The notes beneath the pieces are model-generated. The model saw nothing but the letters and a program-made list of their open reading frames with translations, was not told where the DNA came from and did no database searches. A stretch of 64,000 bases of DNA from positions 25,284 through 89,283 of the forward strand of contig CAYWET010000009.1 of NCBI GenBank assembly GCA_964457245.1, read 5' to 3'. The stretch comes from an uncultured Chryseobacterium sp. (GTDB lineage Bacteria; Bacteroidota; Bacteroidia; UBA10329). The translations under genes and the position numbers were made by a program. Numbering within the stretch: the first letter of the stretch is position 1; every line of letters starts with the position of its first letter. This document shows, in pieces, positions 33,001 through 40,928 of the stretch.

Positions 33001-33593
33001 ACGAGACCGATGACCTTGAAAGCGGCAACGAAACCAGTTACCGCCCACAGTATCACCTTGGTTTTATTCTGGATGAGACGCCCGATTACATTCAAGACAA
33101 CGAGTTTGGTGGTGTAGATAACTACGCACTGGCATCGATGTCGATGGTGGGTGTGAAACAGAATCGTGAGGACATTAAAGCCTTGAAGGAGGGCCGTGGC
33201 CTTAGCAAGATCTCTGATTTCGGTTCTACGGTGATTACCGAAGAGACGCTGTGGGTCGATTTCGACCCTGAATTCTCAAGCTTACTGACCAACGGAGAGC
33301 TACCTGTAGTGAATATTACTGCGCACGAAATGGGTGCAGAGTTGGCCTTGGTAGAAAAGACGGCCCTTGGTTTCAGAGTGAAACGTTTAGGTACCCAACC
33401 TTTGGGTATTGAGTGGATTGCTAACGCTAAGGTGAGGTCTGCAGCTCAAGTTGCAGGTCAAGATGCTGTTGGTGGTAGTATCCCACAGGATATGATGAAC
33501 CAATTAGCGGTTCCTCAAGCAGCCAAAGACAAGATCGCTCTAATACGAGAGGTTGATAAGAATATCCATCAGAAGCTAGGCGTTACTGAATAG
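30027..33593 (+). CDS. tail-fibre-domain protein with N-terminal tandem repeats and C-terminal endosialidase-type intramolecular chaperone (peptidase S74-like) domain
   Basis: 1188 aa; 7 x 38-aa repeats (NTDDQ.ID...LSIEDDGQ...LSSYLD); C-terminal SQRSLKRDINPLDE...LRPSLYKYNNE...HLGFILDETPDYI...YALASMSMVGVKQ matches the CIMCD consensus. Confidence 0.75.
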   Translation: MKKSFLLLGAVIYGTACYSQNVGVDVANPVQKLDVAGGIKIGNTTNNVAGSLRWNGTAFQFYDGSQWITLGANTDDQRIDQFSLVGNSLQLSIEDDGQGPLSVDLSSYLDNTDDQRFDVVQLTGNNLMLSIENDGQPTHSIDFSGYLDNTDDQKIDAFSIASGNLLQISIEDDGQAPLTVDLSSYLDNTDDQRFDVVQMSGNSLLLSIENDGQATHSIDFSGYLDNTDDQQIDAFTIAPGNLLQISIEADGVGPLSVDLSPYLDDTDDQRFDVVQLSGNNLLLSIQDDGQPTHSIDLSGYLDNTDDQQISNFSLSGTTLTLEIENDGQLPQTVNLDPLRRQLIDADLDTWIRVAQDNGSDNDIIRMSTNATERLRVTAAGNLGIGTTTPGTKLTVAGTNTDAVSILGLTSGNDLTTFNDGAQIAFGYNGTHSYQHFVHTRHNSGGAANNAMDFYVSNGVVGNNTVTNGSTHAMTLNAGNMGVGTTSPAQKLHVLGTGRFSSLASSGNDLVYANANGDLVVSSIDPASIHSGTGTANYLARWTSATALGTGTTYDNGTNVGLGTTSPAFKLHVTGDIHPDGKFVVQNSVDGGNSRGIWMWNAGDSNWGIYMGQSGGGRSLGGGTAAAGAGFSAHAIRFRVANSSSQGFIFENSLESNLFSLRGSDGLAYFAGSMGVGTTSPAEKLHVNGSLRVEDGTINSGSDNIRLMEGVRANDNSYEWVGYYSGTTRQGIILYDGAWSGANGLTNEFSITAENSNLLTLNTNGNHIALMPDGSGNVGVSTTSPSQKLDVNGAIRSTDYHYINHSSPSIIFQDTDHRSGVIHVNSNLMYFLSGNGTNGTSWSSNGSYWPLTINMTNDEAIFGGPVQLREGDLTANDHDIWDVENLTVNTISDGEDSRIDIRDYVWFDNPAGAQDMWFDSYANEPHLRPGSAGWGYLGRVQNWWRYVYATSHITMSQRSLKRDINPLDENRAVQELIVSDIDRLRPSLYKYNNETDDLESGNETSYRPQYHLGFILDETPDYIQDNEFGGVDNYALASMSMVGVKQNREDIKALKEGRGLSKISDFGSTVITEETLWVDFDPEFSSLLTNGELPVVNITAHEMGAELALVEKTALGFRVKRLGTQPLGIEWIANAKVRSAAQVAGQDAVGGSIPQDMMNQLAVPQAAKDKIALIREVDKNIHQKLGVTE
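30243..31040 (+). repeat. seven in-frame tandem 114-nt (38-aa) coding repeats, alternating A/B subtypes (228-nt supra-repeat)
   Basis: Unit starts at 30243, 30357, ... with period 114 nt; repeats begin aataccgatgaccag (NTDDQ). Confidence 0.8.
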
Positions 33594-33630
33594 GTTTCGC
33601 TATGGATTCAAACTAAAATTGAGATGGATC

Positions 33631-33672
33631 GGGCCCTGCCAGCAATGGTGGGGCTTTTTCTTTTTGGATCCT
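33631..33672 (+). terminator. intrinsic terminator downstream of tail-fibre-like gene
   Basis: ccctgcc-agcaat-ggtgggg stem then ctttttcttttt. Confidence 0.45.
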
Positions 33673-33744
33673 CGGCTCCTAAAATTTATGATTATTAGCC
33701 TGAGCCAACAAATGACGAGTATTGGAACCGAGTTGGTTGGATGG

Positions 33745-34509
33745 TCAATTGAAGCTGATGCCTGCGGATCCCGAACGAAGCTTCCCGATGTACTCAATGA
33801 GTACCATGCGAGAGCAGAATTCTGACCAAACATTCTGTTGGCCTTCAATTTTGGCCAATAGCATGTCGTATTGATGAATAACGTCCAAGCAATAGCTCAA
33901 TAGCGATGCTATTCGCTGACCATTCACTGAAAAAACCGCCTTCGACTGTTCTTCGGCCATGTCATAGCTTTCAATGTCCGTGGCCAATTCATCCATCTCC
34001 GCGGCTTTCTTAAATAGAGGATAATACTGCCGAGCCAACTCATCGAGTTCTTGTTCATGTTTGTCCTGTAGTTCATTATGGTCGGCAATCAATTGCTCGT
34101 ATTGTTTGTGGTATTTACGTGCTGCAGCATTCTGTTCTTGAATAGCCCCATTGGCTTTATTGACCGCTTTAGAAAGTTCTTCGGCTATACTAAACTGGCC
34201 TAACTCCAGAGCTCCAACATACCCACTGGCCACATCTTGTGCATCTTTTAGCGCTGCGGCTGTTTCTTCAAACTTTACTGTTCTGTCCGCAATCCACTTT
34301 GAAATTTTTGTGGCTCGCTTCCCCATTTCTTCAGCCTGATCAAGATGGCCTTCAACGGTGAGGATTTTTTGAGCCAGATGGTCCGCCAACTCCTGATCGG
34401 TTTCTGTCCAAGCGCTGTCTGAGTTATACCTGTAGGCTACCTTTCCCAGCTTGTGTATTATTTCTCTTGTTTCTTCCATAACATCCATAAGATAAGAAAT
34501 GGTTGGCAC
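33745..34509 (-). CDS. hypothetical alpha-helical/coiled-coil protein
   Basis: 254 aa, no signal peptide, charged heptad-like segments. Confidence 0.5.
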   Translation of the reverse strand: MPTISYLMDVMEETREIIHKLGKVAYRYNSDSAWTETDQELADHLAQKILTVEGHLDQAEEMGKRATKISKWIADRTVKFEETAAALKDAQDVASGYVGALELGQFSIAEELSKAVNKANGAIQEQNAAARKYHKQYEQLIADHNELQDKHEQELDELARQYYPLFKKAAEMDELATDIESYDMAEEQSKAVFSVNGQRIASLLSYCLDVIHQYDMLLAKIEGQQNVWSEFCSRMVLIEYIGKLRSGSAGISFN

Positions 34510-34843
34510 TTAGTTGAACGTAGAGGGTCGTTGAGTTATTGCTGAAATCATCACCAATTATTTAAGTGGTTGGGGTGGTACGTGTTGCATGACTGGTGGC
34601 TCGTATTATTTCGAATTATCGTATAAATTGAGTTGGATTAGGCTTGTTTTCCCTTTTGTCTTGATACAAAAGGGAGAAAAAATCAAGCCTGCCTAAACCC
34701 AATTGAGAAATACTACGGACCCCGCCTGCGCTGATGAAAAGAAACTCATCGCCTTCGGCTCTTCAAACACCTTTTCATCTTTCGGCCTGCCCTGCGTCCT
34801 TGATTTCCGCATTTGGGTTTAGTAGGGCGGTGGGGTGGATGCC

Positions 34844-35803
34844 TTAAGGCTCCACAACAGGTGTAAGGGAAAAGTTGAATTCGTAGCTGTTGCCAGCTTC
34901 TACTTCAATGGGAGTGGAAGAGGGTTCGAAGTTTTCTGCTGTGGCTTCCAGCGTTGCGGAAAATGTGGTAGCTGGCGGGACATCGGTAAATTCCATTTCA
35001 TAGCTGCCATCATCTGTAGTTGTGGTTATTATCGGGTCGCCCCCATCACTTGGTATGAGCGTTACCGTTGCGCCAACTATTGGGGAGGATGTGCTATTGT
35101 CGGAGACGTTACCTGAAATGGTGATGGAGTTATCTGGAGTTGGTGGCGTGGTGGAGCCTCCGCGGTCAATGATGATACGTGCCTGCTTGTAAGCTGCATA
35201 AAGGTCTGGGTCTGAGAGTTTGAAGACCATCATGAGCGGGTCGAGTTGTGATTTGAATAGGCTTCCCGTATTGGAGAAGAGCGTTTTGAGGGCTTCGGTA
35301 TGAAGGTGGCGAGCGTTGATGGCTTCTCTGGGTGTTTCGAGTACGGCCGTGTAAGCATCTAAGGCGTCTTGCCATGCGGTGACGGCCGCTGCATCTATAC
35401 CATAATCAGCAAGGCTTGCGATGTTATCGTTTACGAGGGAGATGCGATAATCGCAGAACCCTTGCATGGTATCATCTTTTATGCGTTGGATGTCACTGAG
35501 GGAGTAATCGAACTCTGCGGCCAAGGTGTTGTTTTCTGTGGCCAGCGCCCATGCCTTGGCGGCTGCGAGTGTTACGGCCGTGATATTATCTAATGTGATT
35601 CTGATGGCGGACTTATCCTGCGCTACACCAGTTGTGTTGGTGGATTGACCCGCTATTTCTGCGTTGATGGCGGTAATGTTGGTGTTGAGTTGGCCGAAGG
35701 CGGTTGCACGAGCAGCCACCAGATCTATGGTAGCTTGATTGTCTTCGTAAAAATCCTGTACCACGAGGTACATATCCAGTCTGTTTGATTGTGAATCTGT
35801 CAT
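34844..35803 (-). CDS. hypothetical protein (helical N-domain + Thr/Ser-rich beta-sandwich-like C-domain)
   Basis: 319 aa; C-terminal VTLIPSDGGDPIITTTTDDGSYEMEF resembles a carboxypeptidase-regulatory/Ig-like module. Confidence 0.55.
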   Translation of the reverse strand: MTDSQSNRLDMYLVVQDFYEDNQATIDLVAARATAFGQLNTNITAINAEIAGQSTNTTGVAQDKSAIRITLDNITAVTLAAAKAWALATENNTLAAEFDYSLSDIQRIKDDTMQGFCDYRISLVNDNIASLADYGIDAAAVTAWQDALDAYTAVLETPREAINARHLHTEALKTLFSNTGSLFKSQLDPLMMVFKLSDPDLYAAYKQARIIIDRGGSTTPPTPDNSITISGNVSDNSTSSPIVGATVTLIPSDGGDPIITTTTDDGSYEMEFTDVPPATTFSATLEATAENFEPSSTPIEVEAGNSYEFNFSLTPVVEP

Positions 35804-36182
35804 GATTTCTCTGTTTTATGCCGACCGACCCGCTGAGCAGGCCGATCGGCTGGTTACTGTATTTAAAACATGGGGTGGATGGCTGAAATTGCAAGTGGGC
35901 TGAGATACCCTTTTTGTGAAGACCATGAAGCGACACTTGCGATTCTTGAAGCGGTTGTGGTGCTACTGTAAGCTGATGGTGAATAACCGAAAGCTGTTGT
36001 TGCGATACCATAAGCTGTGTTTGACCAACTATAAGTAGTGTTTGAGTTGCTGGAAGTGGTTGTGAGGAAACCGTTAGTGGTAGTTTGAGAACCAGAAGCT
36101 GCCATTGCTTCACATTTTTTGGCTTTTGGTAAACACTAAGCACGCGTTTATGCCGTTCTACATGGTGTTGAATTGAGGAATT

Positions 36183-36506
36183 ATGCTGATTTTGAACTTA
36201 AAACGGTTAATTGAGATGCGCGGAGTGAAGCATTTGCGCACGTACCTCGTAAATCATGGGTTTACGGACGGGGAGGCCCGAAATCTGGTAAGTGGTGAGA
36301 CGCGCTTGCTGCGTTTGACGCTGATAACGCGGTTATGCGAGGTGTTTGATTGCACCCCGAATGAGCTATTGGATTGGCAAGGCGACCCAACTCATGTACT
36401 GGCTGCTGTTAGCAAGAGTAAAGCACCCGATATCTGGAAGATGCTGGAGGGTAAGAGTGCTGAGGAGTTGGAGGAGGTTTTGAGGAGGCTTTCTGAGGGG
36501 GATTGA
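36183..36506 (+). CDS. XRE-family helix-turn-helix transcriptional regulator
   Basis: 107 aa; Cro/C1-type HTH (LRTYLVNHGFTDGEARNLVSGETRLLRLTLITRLCEVFDCTPNELL). Confidence 0.7.
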   Translation: MLILNLKRLIEMRGVKHLRTYLVNHGFTDGEARNLVSGETRLLRLTLITRLCEVFDCTPNELLDWQGDPTHVLAAVSKSKAPDIWKMLEGKSAEELEEVLRRLSEGD

Positions 36507-36598
36507 TGTCATACTAATGCGCTTGATGATTCTGATTGAGACCTATAGGTTGACAAAACATATTTTATTTGTAAATTTGTCAACCAATTATTTACACC

Positions 36599-37672
36599 AT
36601 GGCAGAAAGTGAAAATCTTTTCGGGATTAGGTTGAAACTGGCTCGCAAGAGAGCTGGTCTTTCGCTTAGGGAATTATCTGAATTGCTGGGAGGACGAGTC
36701 TCGAAACAAGCCCTAAACAAATATGAACAGGGTCAAATGAAGCCGTCAAATGAAGTGCTTCTTTATTTGTCAAGGAGCCTTGGTGTCAAACCGGATTATT
36801 TCTTGCAATCCATGCCCGTTGATTTAGGTCAGATTTCCTTCAGGAAGCGGTCGGATTTAAGCAAGAAGGATGAAGAAGTAATTATTGAAAAAGCACGAGA
36901 CTATGTTGAGCGATGTCTGAATGTTGAAAGCTTATTGTCGATTAAACGACAGTTCGAAAACCCTATTAAAAACTTAACTGTCTCTACTAAGAAAGAGGCG
37001 GAACAAGCTGCCGATGCTCTAAGAAAAGCGTGGGAATTAGGAGTAAATCCAATTTCAAACCTAACTGAGATGCTTGAACTGAAAGGCGTTAAGGTTATGT
37101 TGATTGAGGCTACTGATAAGTTTGATGGACTAGCTGTATACGCGGAATCGAATACTCCCATAGTTGTGGTCAACCTTAAGAATAAACCGATTGAAAGACT
37201 ACGGTTTACCATTGTACATGAACTTGCTCACATTTTACTGACCATTCATGATTCAATTAAAGGCAACGATAAATTCATAGAGAAGCTTTGTCATCGTTTT
37301 GCGAGTGCATTTCTGATTCCTTCGGTTAAGCTGATTGAGCTTATCGGTAGTGTCAAAAGAAAGTACATCCAAATAAAAGAGCTCATTTCAATAAAGGAGT
37401 ATTATGGAATTTCGATTAGAGCGATTGTTCATAGACTGAAGGAATTGGAAGTAATAAGTGAAACTTATCATCGGAGGTGGTCAATCTGGCTGAATAAAGA
37501 GTTTGGAAGTAAAAGTGAACCTGGGGACTACATTGGTAAAGAAGAGTCCATGGTATTGCTTAGCCATGTCAACCATGCGCTAGCTGAAGAGATAATCTCC
37601 ATGAGCAAAGCAGCATTTCTCTTGGATGTTAATGTAGCAGATATTCGAAGGTGGCATTTTGAAGAGCAATAA
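36599..37672 (+). CDS. XRE HTH + ImmA/IrrE-family zinc metallopeptidase fusion regulator
   Basis: 357 aa; N-terminal HTH (IRLKLARKRAGLSLRELSELLG...SKQALNKYEQG), C-terminal HEXXH (TIVHELAHILL) M78-type peptidase domain. Confidence 0.85.
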   Translation: MAESENLFGIRLKLARKRAGLSLRELSELLGGRVSKQALNKYEQGQMKPSNEVLLYLSRSLGVKPDYFLQSMPVDLGQISFRKRSDLSKKDEEVIIEKARDYVERCLNVESLLSIKRQFENPIKNLTVSTKKEAEQAADALRKAWELGVNPISNLTEMLELKGVKVMLIEATDKFDGLAVYAESNTPIVVVNLKNKPIERLRFTIVHELAHILLTIHDSIKGNDKFIEKLCHRFASAFLIPSVKLIELIGSVKRKYIQIKELISIKEYYGISIRAIVHRLKELEVISETYHRRWSIWLNKEFGSKSEPGDYIGKEESMVLLSHVNHALAEEIISMSKAAFLLDVNVADIRRWHFEEQ

Positions 37673-38195
37673 GGAAATACTGATACAAGATGCCTGCATC
37701 CTCATTGACCTAATTGAAGTTGGGTTGATTGAAGAGTGTTTCCAACTCGGATATGAGTTCATTACAACGCGAAATGTGGTGTTTGAAATAGAGGATGATT
37801 ATCAATCCCGAATACTTACACAAGTAATTGGCGACCATAAACTTTTTGTTCGCGCTACCAGTGACAGTCAAGTGAATGGTCTTCAAAGCCAATTCTCCGG
37901 CCTGTCTCTTGCAGATTGCTCGGTCATGTCGTTAGGAATTAGCTTGAAATGTCGGGTTTTGACTGCGGATGGGGCATTGAGAAAAATTTGTCAGGAAAAA
38001 GGGGTTAGGGTAGGTGGTTTTTTATGGGTGCTCAACCAACTTGTTAAATCAAATACAATTTCGCCCAACCGCGGTATAACCGCTTTAGACAAATACTCGA
38101 TGGTTAACCAAAGACCCGCGCCTAAGCATGCCGTTCAGGGACTCCGGAAAGAGTTTGTTATATTGGCAGATGAAACTAACAACACCAAGATTTGA
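37659..38195 (+). CDS. PIN-like domain nuclease (DUF4411-like)
   Basis: 178 aa; acidic residues in PIN pattern (ILIQDACILIDL ... EIEDD ... SLADCS ... VLTADGAL); 14-nt overlap with upstream ImmA gene. Confidence 0.6.
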   Translation: MKSNKEILIQDACILIDLIEVGLIEECFQLGYEFITTRNVVFEIEDDYQSRILTQVIGDHKLFVRATSDSQVNGLQSQFSGLSLADCSVMSLGISLKCRVLTADGALRKICQEKGVRVGGFLWVLNQLVKSNTISPNRGITALDKYSMVNQRPAPKHAVQGLRKEFVILADETNNTKI

Positions 38196-38963
38196 ATGGA
38201 TTATAGCTCGGAGTTTCCAGTATTCCTTGCATTTGCAGCCTTGACTTGGGGAGCATTTTTTGGTGCCTTGGGTAACAAACTGGTTGCGATTAACTACAGT
38301 TCTAGATGGAGAAATGCTTACTACGCATTGGGCGGGGTTTCTATGTTGGTTGGCGTTGCTGGTTTTTTAGTGATTGAGGAGCTAAAACTTTTGGATTGGG
38401 GTGTCCTTATCATGTTGGTGATATCTGGATTGGTCATACTTTACTTTACCTGGAAAGTACTCCACACAAAGGATGTTTTTCAGACGGCTGAATTGGCCTC
38501 CAAAATAAATGGGTTTACAGAACTAGCGGATAGAGGTAAGATATGTTTGCTTGGAGGAGACTTAGACTTCTTCGGTGAGACAGAATCGGACATGGATGAT
38601 AATGACCAATACAAGTTTTTGAAGAATAAAAATTTCACTAGTGTGTCAATTCTATGTGAGGAGCCAATCCATCCAAATACAAAGACCAGATATGGCAAAA
38701 TTCTACGCGATATAAGAGGAACAGAACTGGGTTTTTATAACCCTAAGAATGCAGACTTGAATATCCGAGGTCGGATAACAACAAGGCAAGGAGTACCTAA
38801 GATGCTGATTTATTCTAAGCTTGAAACAAATCAATACAAAGCCATTGAAACTGACACGGCAAATTCTAATGGGGCGTTGTACTCAAATATATGGGGTTTG
38901 GCTTGGAGCCTCGCTACTAAAATGACACCCGAAGAAGTCCAGAGACTAAAGGATAACAGTTGA
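38196..38963 (+). CDS. membrane protein with N-terminal 3 TM helices and uncharacterised cytoplasmic C-terminal domain
   Basis: 255 aa; TM helices at ~8-30, 45-65, 70-90; starts 1 nt after PIN-like stop. Confidence 0.6.
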   Translation: MDYSSEFPVFLAFAALTWGAFFGALGNKLVAINYSSRWRNAYYALGGVSMLVGVAGFLVIEELKLLDWGVLIMLVISGLVILYFTWKVLHTKDVFQTAELASKINGFTELADRGKICLLGGDLDFFGETESDMDDNDQYKFLKNKNFTSVSILCEEPIHPNTKTRYGKILRDIRGTELGFYNPKNADLNIRGRITTRQGVPKMLIYSKLETNQYKAIETDTANSNGALYSNIWGLAWSLATKMTPEEVQRLKDNS

Positions 38964-40354
38964 TGTTGGATTCGCTCGAAATAGTAATTGTTAATTCTCC
39001 GTTGTTCAGGGAGTCTAGTGATAAGTATGACGAAGATTCACTACCTCCCTTAGGCTTGGGCTACATCGCAACAGAGTTAAAAATAAGAGGTTTCAAGGTT
39101 AGGTTAATTGATGCTGTAGACCAGAGAATTCCATTGGTGGATTTATTGAAATCCTTGAACAAGAACAAGCCAAGGTTCGTTGCTACGAACATATTTACCA
39201 CGAACTACGAATTGGTAAAGGAACTTATAGAGGGATTAGATTTTCAATCTCACATTATTGTCGGTGGGCTAGCAACGAAGGATCTCTACGAAAAAATATT
39301 TTCATGGAATACCATGAACAATATTGATGTTGTTGTTGGGGATGGCGAGTTTATAGTCCCGGCTATTGTTGGGCGGAATGTGGAGCAACAACCAGTCGCT
39401 TCTCAGCCTTACCGTAGAGCTTTTCAGGTGGATAAGAATTCTCCCTATGTAGTTGAAGACATTTCCCAGGTGTCATTAGATCGTTCGTTCTTTAAAAATG
39501 AGCCTATTCGCCACCCATTTGGCTTTTCTGAGGCAAATATTGTTGCGAGTAGAGGCTGTATTTACAACTGTGCTTTTTGTGCGGCTGCTCGAAGCCTAAA
39601 CCTTGACTACCCTGTCAGAGAACGTTCTGTTCAATCAATTAAGAATGAATTAAGAGAAATTGCTGCAGACTACCCGGAAGTTAGTTCAATTCGGGTGCTG
39701 GATGATTTGTTTTTAAAAAACTCAAAGAGCGTTAATACAGCAATTCAGGTATTTCAAGGGGAAGGTTTCCAATGGCGATCAATGGCCCATGTCATGACAT
39801 TTGACAAGCTGGATGCAGAACCTTTAGCAAGATTAAAGGATAGTGGCTGCAAGGAGTTGTTCATTGGTGTCGAATCTGGATCTCCTAAGGTTCTAAAATC
39901 AATCAGAAAGACCCCAGACCGCAATAGAATCACAACCAACATATTGAAAGTTTTTAAAGCTGGAATTGATGTGAAAGGGTACTTTATTTACGGTTTCCCA
40001 GAAGAGACCGAGGCTGATATGAAGCTGACACTCGACTTAGCCAAAGAGTTAGTCAAACAGGCAGAAGCCAATGGTGTTTCCTTCAGGACAAGTGTGTTTC
40101 AGTATCGACCGTATCACGGAACGGAAATTCACCGTTCGTTAGCAAATCAAGGTAAGGAGCTTGACGTGAAACGAGTTCAACAGAATGATGAACTTTCTGA
40201 ATTGGTCGGCAGACTTCAATTCAATTTCCATAGTGGGAATTATTCGAAAGTGTCTGACCAAAGACTGCATGATTATATTTACCGGACAACTTTGCTAAAT
40301 GATCCGGAACTCTTCTCAGGAAAAGCCTTTAAGACTGAATCCAAGAGAGCGTAG
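38960..40354 (+). CDS. B12-binding-domain radical SAM protein (class B)
   Basis: 464 aa; N-terminal Rossmann-like cobalamin-binding domain (GLGYIATELKIRGFKVRLIDA), CxxxCxxC (RGCIYNCAFCAA), TIM-barrel rSAM core; 4-nt overlap with upstream gene. Confidence 0.85.
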   Translation: MMLDSLEIVIVNSPLFRESSDKYDEDSLPPLGLGYIATELKIRGFKVRLIDAVDQRIPLVDLLKSLNKNKPRFVATNIFTTNYELVKELIEGLDFQSHIIVGGLATKDLYEKIFSWNTMNNIDVVVGDGEFIVPAIVGRNVEQQPVASQPYRRAFQVDKNSPYVVEDISQVSLDRSFFKNEPIRHPFGFSEANIVASRGCIYNCAFCAAARSLNLDYPVRERSVQSIKNELREIAADYPEVSSIRVLDDLFLKNSKSVNTAIQVFQGEGFQWRSMAHVMTFDKLDAEPLARLKDSGCKELFIGVESGSPKVLKSIRKTPDRNRITTNILKVFKAGIDVKGYFIYGFPEETEADMKLTLDLAKELVKQAEANGVSFRTSVFQYRPYHGTEIHRSLANQGKELDVKRVQQNDELSELVGRLQFNFHSGNYSKVSDQRLHDYIYRTTLLNDPELFSGKAFKTESKRA

Positions 40355-40928
40355 TGCGTGTAAGGCGTGTGGCCTTTATTTGAATCAACTTCCATTACTA
40401 GACAAGACTAAAAAAGGTCAGGTATTCTGGGTTGGTCTATCGGCTGTTCAAATGGAAGAAGATCAGCCTCCATTATCGTATGACACAAGGTCGGGTTCTC
40501 TAGTTGCAGAAGTAGAAAATCCCTTCGTCAAAGAACTTTCGTTCTATAGAACCAACGTGGTGAAATGCTTGCCATTAAATTTGGATGATAAGATTCGATA
40601 TCCACTAAAGGGTGAGATGGAGAAATGTTTTCCAAATCTTGAAGAAGAAATCGATTTTTTGCAACCCTCGATTATTTTTTTGCTAGGTAGGCAAGCTGCT
40701 GATTTTGTCATGCGGAAATACGGCTTTGGTTCTTGGAGTCTTAATGCTGAGTTTAATTACGAAGCTTATCATTCTTCTGGAATGACTTTTATTCCAGTGC
40801 ATCATCCATCATATATACTTGTTTACAAGAGGAAGCGACTGATAGATTATGTTCAAGGAATTCAAAAACATCTGACCCAATTAGTAGCAAAACCTATTAG
40901 TTTGAGCGAGCATGTCGAGCAACCATAA
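40299..40928 (+). CDS. uracil-DNA glycosylase superfamily (family-4-like) protein, divergent active site
   Basis: 209 aa; C21-x2-C24...C90...C110 like the family-4 4Fe-4S ligands, C-terminal VHHPSYIL (HPS motif B), but motif A GE(A/G)PG replaced by VGLSAV; start uncertain (56-nt overlap with rSAM gene). Confidence 0.65.
   Translation: MIRNSSQEKPLRLNPRERSACKACGLYLNQLPLLDKTKKGQVFWVGLSAVQMEEDQPPLSYDTRSGSLVAEVENPFVKELSFYRTNVVKCLPLNLDDKIRYPLKGEMEKCFPNLEEEIDFLQPSIIFLLGRQAADFVMRKYGFGSWSLNAEFNYEAYHSSGMTFIPVHHPSYILVYKRKRLIDYVQGIQKHLTQLVAKPISLSEHVEQP

Noticed and set aside
33600-33848. Short ORFs on both strands between the tail-fibre gene and the 254-aa gene
   Set aside because: They overlap the terminator hairpin and the 3' end of the minus-strand gene; no coding signal
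35613-36143. 176-aa minus-strand Q/L-rich ORF
   Set aside because: Low-complexity translation overlapping the S/T-rich tract in another frame; no start context; likely non-coding
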